Below are positions 48,525 through 60,300 of a DNA stretch of 64,000 nt, piece after piece. The notes below the pieces were generated by a model. That model did no database searches. It had not been told where the DNA came from and saw only the letters and a list, made by a program, of their open reading frames with translations. This stretch comes from Aplysia californica. Taxonomy: Eukaryota. A program made the translations under genes and the position numbers. Every line of letters begins with the position of its first letter. Position 1 is the first letter of the stretch. The DNA lies in the NCBI RefSeq assembly GCF_000002075.1, contig NW_004797285.1:2618134-2682133 (forward strand), written 5' to 3'.

Positions 48525-48745
48525 CAGTGATATCAGTAGCCTAGTAGTTAGGTTACAGGACCCATAATCGTGAAATTGTGGGTTCAAAGGTTCGAGCTTC
48601 AGCTCTGTCTTACGTGTCCTTGGGAAAGGCGCTTTGTACAAATATTCCATTTGGCCTGGTCCTTTTAGAGATGGACATTAAGCTCAGAGGTCCCGCCTTT
48701 TAAATGACCAAATAGTGTTGATACGGGCATTAAACCTATACCGTT
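48525..48745 (+). mobile_element. tRNA-derived SINE
   Basis: A-box-like TAGCCTAGTAG, B-box GGTTCGAG, body GTGTCCTTGGGAAAGGCGCTT; 3' end shared with 61894-62110. Confidence 0.6.
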
Positions 48746-49060
48746 TCACAAGATGTTGCTGATCATTCAGACTTGTACTAAAACTACAAATACATTTCCT
48801 CTCACCCTACACTAACTAATGCCCAGAGTGACAATTTATCTCTAACCAGTGTCCTGAGGGGGAACCAAGTTCTGTGTGTTTTCAGAGTGACCTAAATCAT
48901 GTCTAGCAGGACTTGAAATATCCAACATTAAGAAGCTATTACTGTGTCCAGGAGCACCCCTGACACTTTAACAGGCACAAACACAAACAGCTCAATGTCT
49001 GTACTCATTAACAATGAAAGAAAAAGGACAAAACAAGAACTGCAGGGTGCTTTTCTATAT

Positions 49061-49066
49061 TTTATT
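49061..49066 (-). terminator. Candidate polyadenylation signal for SLC9C
   Basis: AATAAA on the - strand with a T/GT-rich tract downstream; not the only candidate. Confidence 0.3.
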
Positions 49067-49412
49067 GTGATGGTACAACAGGCATAAGTCACCTCAAAGC
49101 ATATCACAACACATAAATATAGAACTCAAATATTCAAAACTTAGAAAAAGGATTAAACCTCAAACTATCTATCACAGGATTTCTGTAACGCTCAAATCAA
49201 ATAACTCAACAAAAGTAATACTGATTATCACAGTCAGTTAGGCCAGCAAAGTTTGGTACATACAGTGAACTCCGCCTAAACAAACACTGTTTGTCTGAAA
49301 ACAGCGGTAAATTGAAAGAAAATATAAGATTAAGAATCCCTGATTTTTTTCTTTGAAGTTTCACCAGTCTAAACTGAAAACACGACTATATTGAAGAAAA
49401 TCTGGCAGTCAG

Positions 49413-49732
49413 GCATTCATACCTAGCTGTGAAAAGTTCTAAGCACCAAAATATCTACTGTTTACAGCTCAGTAGGCCCCTACCTAATTTTCAGTGGACT
49501 CCACCGTACTTCTTATTAGACTTTTGTACTACTCTCTTCACATTCTATGTTAAAGGCTATGGAAGAAAACATCATTTGACTTTCTCAGTATCAGAGTTCA
49601 TAGAAGCTCAGAAGACAGCTGTTGACAAACTCAGATTCCATGTCAAGAAAAAAAAAATTAGGTAGGGGCCTACTGAGCTGTAAACTGTAGATATTTTGGT
49701 GCTTAGAACTTTTCACAGCTAGATATGAATGC
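49413..49732. repeat. 79-bp inverted repeat (77/79 matches) with a 162-bp spacer
   Basis: Arms 49413-49491 and 49654-49732. Confidence 0.85.
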
Positions 49733-51309
49733 AGCCTTTTGGAACAGGTTGATCACTGTAGCTTGGTAAAAAATTCGTGGCGCAACTTATCCTAATAAAT
49801 ATCTTGAACAGGTAAATCAACGTCATCCATATTTTGCACAACAATTTGTATCTATTTGTCTTAACATAATCATATTTTTCCACAACAATTTTGAGGCTAG
49901 ATTTTAAAAAACTTTTCTTTATAAATTTATATAAAATACTACAAGCTCCATTGTTCACAGCACCCCCCGTTTCTCACACACATTTTGCATATGATATGGC
50001 CTACGTCACAGCTCACCAATGACACTTTTTAGTGGCAAAAATTGTTATGCGAAATTAATTTTCAAGTGAACACATTTTTTTGCACTAAAGGTTCTCAAAA
50101 CATGCTTTCAATAAAGACAGTGTCACAATTAGAAAAAAATGACAGACTTGCTTTTAAGAGCAATATTGCCTCAGCTGTTTAAACCTTTTAAAATCGGTAG
50201 GGACCATCCACTTTGACTTTTTATAAGTACAAAGGAATTTTCTAGAATATAGCTAAAGGTGTTTACACAAAAAAGTTGATCTATTAAGATAAATTGATAC
50301 AAGTCATTGGAGAGTCAATGTTCGGTAGTTTAGAAAATATTCAAATTAAGTTGCGTCACAAACTTTTGACCGTACTATAAGAAACAATTTTCATCATTCC
50401 TTAAAAGTAAACTAAGATTTCAAATTCCAACAAAGTGATGTCACAATCCCATGAACTTATCAGAACTAATTGCTTTGAGCCTGTATACTTCAATCTGGGT
50501 CGAGTGCTATACATATGCCAAATATTATTATCACAGCTCTCATTTAACTGTGATGTTGTCATGAACAAGTAAATACAGGCACCTTTCACAAAACTGATGA
50601 ATCCAAGAAAAGTGCAAGTTTTTTACATTCCACAGTCCATTCTTAGAAAGGCATCGGATGAAAGAACTCAAGGAGTGACAACCTGTGAATGTTGGATCGA
50701 TAAATGTACTTTTTTTAAGCCACTAAAGAAACAGCCAATAACAGATGAACTATGCTCAATAGGGATTTTGATTTTTTAGTAGAAGCAGCTTATCAGTCAT
50801 TTTAACTCTTTACCAAACCAAAGATAACATCTGCAGTAAACACCTTGTCACATCAATAATAATGCAAGGAAGGAAAAAGCGGAGGCCACCAAACCAAAAA
50901 CATTAAGAAATATAAAAAAACGACTAAGTGGCAAAAGATTTACAGAAATCCTTTCATTCTGACCAACATTCTCCAACACCTTATATCACACCAAAGCATA
51001 CATATGTGTGGTGTCCTTAGAAAAAGTAAGCATAAGTTACAGTGACTAGAAACAAGCTACGAGCAACAACAAAAAACACCCATCAATTTCAAGTCAAAGG
51101 GGGAAAAATGAGTTTGAAAAGCAAATAATTTTCTTTCTTCTAGTTTTTTTGGGGGGGGCCGAAAGTCTTAAACAAAAATGTCTTTACTTCGAATATTTTA
51201 CAACAACCTTTGTTATCCTAAAGATTCAAAATGCTTGTACACAAGCTCAGCAGTTACTGGGTGGATAATAACAACAAAGTAAATTATTAAGTGAAAAATC
51301 ACAACATAA

Positions 51310-51396
51310 CTAATAAGGGCTCATTCGTATTCCTTTTCTTCCCTTTCCTCTGCTATCATCTTCATGGGGATCACCAAAGTCGCTTTTCCACAACTC
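51310..51396 (-). CDS. SLC9C1: Candidate terminal SLC9C exon
   Basis: ccacag|ELWKSDFGDPHEDDSRGKGRKGIRMSPY*; phase 0 fits, no homology support. Confidence 0.4.
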   Translation of the reverse strand, partial: ELWKSDFGDPHEDDSRGKGRKGIRMSPY

Positions 51397-54300
51397 CTGT
51401 GGAATTCAAAAAAATTTTGTTGAATATAAACAGATTAGCTGCATTAGAATAAAGGACTGAGTGTGCACATTCCTTTGAGGGGCAAAAGATGAAAAATCTG
51501 AGTATCCAGTTTTGCTAACTATAAAATACTCCAGATTGTAAGACCCATCACATCTGCCTCCTTCCTCCTGCTTTTCTTCTCATCCCAAGCACATCTCTAT
51601 TCCCTTAGGTTCCATGAAGATACAGGGCAAGTTAGATTTCATAGATGAAACTATACATCAGGTGTAATCAATACAAAGGTCACATAATAACCAGCAACAG
51701 GCATGCAAAGAGGTTTAATTTTAAGTTTTTATTTTTGTATGAAAGTCTTCAAGAATGTCACACACTAGTTTTCAGAAATATAATTCCTGACTGGTAACAT
51801 TTTTTTTTAGCCATGGATAAAGTACAGCGAAGTCTTAGGTACATGGGTTCAATTTGAAGAAATCCCCTTTTGATATGGAAACTTCTCTGAGAAGACTAGA
51901 ACATGTCTGAGCTGAATTCTTCCTAAACAGAACTACAGGGGACTTTCTGAAGTTTGAAAACTCTTGCCAAAGAGATTGACTTCTGACATACAATAGTATT
52001 TAAAAACAATGTTCTAAATATGCTTTTGGAAACTTTACTAACAGCCAGATCATGATATTTATAGAATTTAGAATCTGCATACCACATTCAGTTGTTTATA
52101 AAAATAATTAATATTTATTTGTCAATACACATCTTGAACAATGTACAAAGAATATTAACTATTTACGAAATCTAAAATTGATCTAAAATCTAAAATATAC
52201 GTCACTAAATTGGCCATTAAATCAAATAACTGAAGCTATTTCGATAGGTCTTTAGCCTCCCGTTTTTTGCACTTGCCTAAAAGTAATTTGACATTGAAGT
52301 CGTCTTAAATTAAAGAATGTGCCCGAGCCCCTGCCAGCAGCTCACTGGCACTGGTTCCAACAACGAGCCCCTGGGAGCGGCCTGACGGATATAAGGAGCT
52401 TAAGTTTTTTCTCTATAATACTTACCACGGCAGAGGCAGCCTTCTTGGAATACCTTGGCATACCTATCAGTGGGTTGTTTGAGGAACCACCAGAAGAAAA
52501 AGTAATATCGCTGTGGGAATCACACAGAATCTCTGTGTCATCCTCTGAGTGTAGAAATCTGTTCAGCTCTACATTCATCTCATCTAGCTCAGACTCTGGG
52601 GGCAGCACCAGGAAGATAGGACGTACCACGTCCGCATCCTGAAATGATGAAAAAAAACAACCCGTTACTGAGTAGTATAATAGCAGGTTCACTTGCCATC
52701 TCCTACTTTCTTTAGAATAAAACAGAAATGCATAATGGACACAATGAAGGATACACATTAGCAATAAGCAGGACTGCCTACCTCAAAGTCCCCATTTCAG
52801 GTAAACTCAGGGTCACTTTCAGATATTTTGGCCCAAAATCAGGTAGTATGGTAGTATATAGACAAAGAAGGAAAAAAAAAGTTGCCCGGGTACACATTAT
52901 AGTAACCATCGAACAGGGCTTGTTTTTCTGTGATATTTAGATAATCATATTTCGAAAACTTGATGAAATGAGGCAAAATTTTGTTTTGTTTCTGTATTTG
53001 TGTTTTAAGCATTTACTATCGTTCAAGGCATCCGTTATTCAGTATGGAAAGTGGTAGGGTGACTGCCAAACTAACTTCAAAACCCCTAGCCCATACCAGT
53101 TGAAACTATATTAAAACCCATTTTCCGACTTTAGAATACGGCACTGATAAATCCTGTGTGACTTAGGTATGACCGAAAATTTTAACTAGTTTTGCTCTAA
53201 AAATGCTAAATAAATCCTGATCTGGGCCTGTGTCGAGGTCAGAATATCAACTGTCAAAACCATGATTGGGTTTTTTAAAAGCATGCAAGACAAAACTTAT
53301 TTTGAGAAAACCGTTATAGTTAGGCTCACGGCAGAGCAAAAGGTGAAATAAGAAGAGAGCTGGAGCTGAAAGGACTGAGAGCATGGGATAGTGACTGATC
53401 AAGTATTGATTTTTTTCCCCTCAAAATGCAGTCTAATGATAAAATTAGTTTCCAGATCTTATCCTCCAGTAAGTTCAAATACATCTTTAAAAAAAAAGGA
53501 TGTTTTTCTTCTTATTTTCCTCAAGTATAGGCCTTCCGCAAGGTCCAGTTGGGGGGGGGGGGGTCGGGGGCGAAGCCCCGAAATAAATTGAAATTTAGAG
53601 CTTTCCGAGGGTTAAAAATGTCATTTCTTCATTGCCACTATTCAATTTGCCATCGCATCATTGAAAAATCCAGCCATTCCGGGAACACCAATCTTGAATA
53701 TAATCACCAAGCCAGTACTCTAATAGTCTAATATATTCCCTCATTAACGCACTCGATTGTCGAATGTCAAAACCTAAGAGCACCACTTCCACTTACCGTT
53801 TTCATTTCAGCATCAGTTTCTTGCACCGTGGCCTTCTCCTGCTGCCGTAGATTGTATTCCGTCAACCACCCCCTCCCCCCCAACCCAATTCTGAAGCCCT
53901 GCAATGCTCCTACTTTGAATGAACTTTGAAGACACCAACAACCGCCAGTCCCATCTTACTCATGCCGCACCGGAGGCCGTACTCACATGATGCGAACTGG
54001 CGCAGGTTCACTGACGGGTCACAATGACAGGCCCAACAATCTAGATTTAGAAATTGGAGGACGCTTGTTTTCTTTTTCTTTCTTTTCGTTTTTCATTAGA
54101 CAACACAGTGAGAATATTGATTTTATTGTATGGCGACATGGCGAAACAGTGTTTCTAAAGTACAAACTGTATGTCATTACTGTAGACCCAACAGTAACAA
54201 ACTATCATCGGACAGTTCGGGGCGGTAACAAAAGAGAAAGTAGATTTTGATTTTCCCGATGGAGTCTTGGTATTACACCTACATCTTGCGCCTGCCTCCA

Positions 54301-57300
54301 CAGCCGCTTATTCGCGTGAAATGAACTCTCGGACAAGGGAAAGCCGAACATAATCAATAACGCAAAGTTCCAGTAAAATAATAAAACTATGAGCTCAGTG
54401 ACCTTTTGGGATTTGGTTTCGAGGACTTTTGTTCATTTTTTGCGGGGGGAACTTACAGATTTCCTCAAATTCCAGTGGCATTCCCGGGTCCCGGCGATTT
54501 ATAGATCTAGTTAATACTGATACTGTCTCTCTTTCTCTTTTACGCATGGAGTTGATATGATGATGCAGCAAATACGGAACTGTTGGAATGTAGGGATTTC
54601 CGCAAATACTGCGAAGATTTGAAACTGCAAAACAGTTGTTTTTTCTTCTTCTACTTGCGGCACCCATCGCAAATCCGGAGGTTTTCACCCCTATATCGGT
54701 ATGGCGGTTGAATGCCCAAAACCGGTAACTACCTGAAAAATCAGTAGATTTACGCAGCCCTAAATAAGGCATGATCTAGAGAAACAAAGAGAGAAGCGGA
54801 GAGATATTCTTTCTAGATGCATACAATAATGTTCTTTTTCAGTACAAGAGCATCAGTAACAAGAAAAACAAAAACCCAAAACCCATTTCATAACATAAAA
54901 TACAAAGACTCATTTTACCACTTGTACAAGACAGCTATTTTCATCAAAATAATGCGTTCAAGGAAAGACCAAGGCTACAATTTACGATACAGCACAATTG
55001 ATAAATCTCTCAGATGGAAAACATAGCTGAGCAAAAGTTCACAATTGCACATGTGAGTTCCATGTAAAAGTGTGTACACTCACCACAACGGTAAAAGGCT
55101 TTGATCCACGTGAAATGTAAGCCGGACCATTCACGACATTGTTGACTGTGTGATCCAGAAGTTTCCCTGTTACAAAGATATTCAACTTTTGTGACACAGG
55201 TCGTATTGTATTTAAGTGTTGTTTTTTTTTTCATTTACCAGTCTCTGTAGAGTAAAGGCCTGGCTCTTTGACTTGCATGCAGAGGAAATGAATTCAGTTC
55301 TTACAAAGAGATGGTATCAAATCAAACCTGGATAAATTCTACACAAACCCAGTTGGCCATGACAGGCAGGGCCACAGCCCTTACCCTTCAAAATTATCTA
55401 CACTGTATCAACAGGAGTATAAAACATTTGTATGTTTTCTTATTTGACCCACAAAAGTTCTAGCTCTAACAAAACATCAACTAGCATAAGACACAAAAGC
55501 AAGCAGTTGTACGTCTCCTGGATACATTCAAATAGTATAAATAACCCTTCTCCTGGATACATTTAAATGATACAAATTTTCTCCTAGATTCATTCAAATG
55601 ACACATCCATTCTCCTGTTTAGTCAGCCATGATTACAACATCTTGTCAACAGAGTAAAACAACAACCATGAATGAGGAGCAGATCTGTGAGCAGCAAGTA
55701 CTGATGCATGGACTGACTCTCTGCTTTCCCATCAACCAGAGTGGCATCCATCAGCTTCATCAGGATTTCACTCTGACTCAGGACCTGAGAACATCAAAGT
55801 CACACTCAACTAATTACTTCCTCAAAATGTTTTTTATTCATGTCCAGTCAAACCTGCTCTAATGACCACCTGTCAAAGACAATCAATCACCTATACAAAC
55901 AACCACTTCCCATTCCACCATTGCATTTTTCTTTATATTATGACACTGTGCAAGAGGACCATATATCTGTCTAAGATGACCATTCCTCTTAACAATGGGC
56001 ATCTTTTATTCATACATCTACTTGTGGCTTATACCATACATTTTACATTCCAGAATCCAATTATATACTGCAAGTACAGCCGTTTCCGATAGGACCAAGT
56101 TCAAGAACATATCTTAGATTCAAACCAGGGCCATCTGCTCTGTAGTTCAGCCTGATACCAACTGAGCTTACAGAGCACCCTTACAACTTCTGGCTTCCAT
56201 ACAGAGATAAATTTTTGAAGAACATGACTACTGAAATTTCAGGGGTTTGGGTGCCTTGAAGGTTATTGACAGACACTAACACACTAAATGTCAACACATC
56301 AGACTGCTCAAAGCAGGACACTTGAAGCGTCCTGAAATTGCTCAAAATTAAAATCACTCTATACACTTAAGTCTGCCAGAAATATGGCCCAAAAGTGGCC
56401 TTGACCATACACTTTAAAAAAACTGATCCCAAATTTGAATTCTCTGCAAAAGATCTCAAGTTAAAACATTTTTGGCGTTTTGAGAAAAAATGGAGGAAAA
56501 CAATTACAATTTAGAGAAAACCTGAGGTAAATAGTATACCCAGTTACAATTTCAAGGAAATCATTGGAAAAAAGTTTCATTGAGCAACTGTTTCGTAAAA
56601 TCAAAGGAAAAAGTTTCATCCTGTCACTATATAGGGCACTTGAAGGAAACAGTTTTATCCAGTTATCATTTTAAGGCTATTCAGGGAAGCAGTATTATCT
56701 GTACGAGTCACAACACAGTGGAATCAGGCACTCGTTAATTTTTAGGCAGGTGAAGCTATTGGTATCATCTAAAGACTTGTTCATTTGTCTTGCTTTTGAT
56801 GAAAAAATACCCATATATCTGAATGGTGGTCTAGATATTTGCAATAGAAGGAGGTGGAGGTTGCCTAGTTTTAGAGGTAAAATTAGCAAGAAAAAGGCCA
56901 CCAAAGTTTTAAAGTCCTTGGAAATTGAAAATTGACTTTTTTGTGCCTTCAATCAACATTTTCCAGTAAAATTCACACGGAGAGAAGTTTTAAACAGACA
57001 TAAAAGGTGTTGGGTCAAAAAACAAAAATTTTATAAAAATTGCTAGACTAGCAGAGAAATGCCAGTTTCTTCTATTACATTATATTGACGAGTGCCTGAT
57101 TTCACCACAATGCCTTACAAATGTCCTTTTTCTATTCTTATAATTACAGTTGAACCTCTTTTAACGGTCGCCTGTCCAAGACAATCACCAATACAATAGA
57201 CCGTCTTGGGTAATTTTGACGGTACTTCTTAGTAATTACTATACGTATACAAAAAAATTGAGAGCCAATGTACTTATAAATATATTTCTGAAAAAAAAAA

Positions 57301-60300
57301 TAATGAAAGCTGAAATACTTACAAGCCATGCAGATTTTCTCAACAGATACCGCAATGCCAGCTTCATAGCTACAACTTTCCACATTCTTTCTTCAACCTC
57401 TGAGAGTTTCTCATTTGATGCACTTGGTTTGCCTCCGATATGAGCTGACAGATCTTTCTCAGCCATGAAAATTGCCTGAAAGTGGAAAAAAACCCTCATC
57501 AAATAGTGATTTAACATGTATCAAGATGAAAATAATCATGTTAACTTTATTCCAAATATTTTTTTTATTTTGATAATACTGTAATGTAAACAATACCAAA
57601 CCTACATATCGTGAATCCATATTTTTTCCCTTTTTTGTTTTATTTTTGTAAGAGTTTTACAGCGCTCGCAACCCATATTCCCTAATATCCTTTCAAATTA
57701 TTCTCCAGAAAACAAATATATTGACCAGGAACTTTGTCTGCTTGTAAAAAAAGCTTTACTGTGAAACACAATGAGAATTGTAATCAAACAATAACGAGTT
57801 TAATCAACTTTCGGTTAAACACACTCTAACTTGGAACTGTGCCTATAAAAATAAACTTACTGTAGCCAGACTTTCATGTCAACATTTTTACCCCTTATCT
57901 CCGGCAAGCCACTGCCAGCGGCTCATGGTTGGAACCACTGTGCTGGTGAGCCGCTAGCAGTGGCTTGGGCACATTCTTTTATGATGACTTGACGTCAAAT
58001 TCCTTTAAAACAGGTCTGTTTTACATGGAGTTAATTCATTAGATGAAGAACTACAGAAATAAGTTCACTTGTTTTGATTTAATGATTAAGTAAGTGACGT
58101 ATATGTCAATTTTAGGTTTTGTTCCATAAGAGGACCCTGGCATAGTGGGTCTCCCCTCGGAGATAAAGATTTAAGCTCTCCCCCATGAGTTGAAAATATA
58201 CACAATCAAGTATATGTATGTATGAATGATTATGTCAGCTTTCTGTAGTCCTGCAGCAGATTAACAAAAGTGCTATCTGCCCATGTGCAGTCACGAGAAT
58301 AAGTATGACCACGTGAATTGTCATAAGAATCAAGGAGCAACTGAACAAGGATAAGAAACAAGCCTCCTACAGTTTCTCTTGTGAGACAGTAATGAATGCA
58401 CTTGCCTGGCCCATGACAATTCTTAAGAAAAACTTGATGTACTACTGAAAAAGAAAAGGAGTTGGACTGAAGTTGTAGCTCAGTGAAAGAGATAGACATA
58501 ATAATATTATGACAGATGGCATGATACTACAACACCTTATTTGATGTGACGATTAGAGTCTCGTAAAATTTATCAAATAAGAATGTCTTTAAATCAGACA
58601 AACTGTCATTGCATTACACTTCAAATGTGTCTGCCTAACAAAATAATGTATACATTATGCTGGATACATAGAGAGAAAAAGGAAAAGGAAAACTTACACA
58701 CATATCTGTTTCACAACTAATGGTTTCGTGTTTAGGTTTTCCTGTGAGAAAGGAAAATTCTCCGATGACGTTGCCACTAACCATGTAGTCTATCACCTCA
58801 ACTGATTCCCTCTTGGAGTGCAACACTTTTCTTTTGGACTGAAAGAAAACAATAGAAACAAATCAACATATTAAGCAAATACGGAGAACTAAGATTTCAA
58901 AAAGCTCCCAAAAACATTGAATAAGCAAATTTCCAAAAGGTGAAGAGTTAATGATTATAACTGTAGTCAAATGTTCAGACAAGTAATATAATGACATTTG
59001 CCAAAGCAAATAGTTAGAGAAACTCCAAGGTTTATTTGGATTGCCTACCTTACGTCACAATAGAGCAATCTCTCCATTGTTATGTTTGATCCCATGCTCC
59101 AATGTTCATAAATAAAGAAGGTTGATCGGATCAGATTATTACTGGATCCACAGGATGAAAAGTTTAGCTCCTTCTGAATCTGCACAAATTATTAATTTGG
59201 AAGTGATGTTGGTGAGTTGTAAAGCTTGAGATAAATCCAGCCCAGCACCAATATAGTAGGTGTTCATATGATCCTGTATACAAACTCATCTTTGGTAAAC
59301 GTTGGGTTGAATTTATCTGCATTGGACATTTCAATGAAGGCAAAAATACTAATTGTTGGTGGCCCAAGGGAAGAAACCTGCTAAGAAAGAATTCTCAACA
59401 AAAGCAGTACACCAATTCATTGTTATGTTTTCAAGTACCGGAATTTAAAAAAATAGAGCTCATTGTTTCCTTGCTGAAAAACAGCATCACATTAATTAAT
59501 GAGTTGAGTATTTTCCCCTGCTCTGCTGTTGCCTTGTGGTTAAGACTGATCAAAGCCAAGTCACAAGTACTTCCTATTCTTCACCATTCAACACTTGGTA
59601 AAAGGGAGCCACTACAAATGAATATATCTCTATTTGTATTTTCTGTCTATCTGTCTCACTTTTACCCAGCACTTTACGACCATCATTGTACCATCTGTAA
59701 CTCAAAAAAACCTCCTCCATTCCTGTCTCTCTCACTTTTTCTCCATCACTAAATGACACCAGCCTCGTCAATATGCTTCTTGTCAACTCAAACAGTTAAA
59801 TTCACTTCTCAAAACAACACAGGCACCATACTTACCACCGCCATTCCATCAAGGATAATGAATATTCCTCCTGGCAGACACAATTGTGAAACAATCAGAT
59901 CTCCATAAGAGAAGTAGATGAGTCTGCCCTTGTCCTATACATAAATTCACATCATGAGATGTATCACGGTATCAGCATCAATATCATGGGCACTAGCATT
60001 ATACTATCATCAAAATGTGGCATTGCTGTTAGAATTATGAGATCTATAGGTAAGCTTTTGTAATGCTTCTTTCAGTATTTGTTTTCAAGAGTGACACTGC
60101 TTCTTCACCTCTCCGAGAAGGAAAATTAATGTCTAGCTTGGTAAGTTCAGAGAATCGGATTTAGAATAGGCCACCAGGAAATAGTTACACTTGAAACTTA
60201 GGAAAATAAACCAATAAGAAAAAATCTCAAACACAGAAGAGCAAGAGGACAGATTACACTTGATTAAAAACTCATCCAAAGGCAGCTGAGGCAATGTGTT

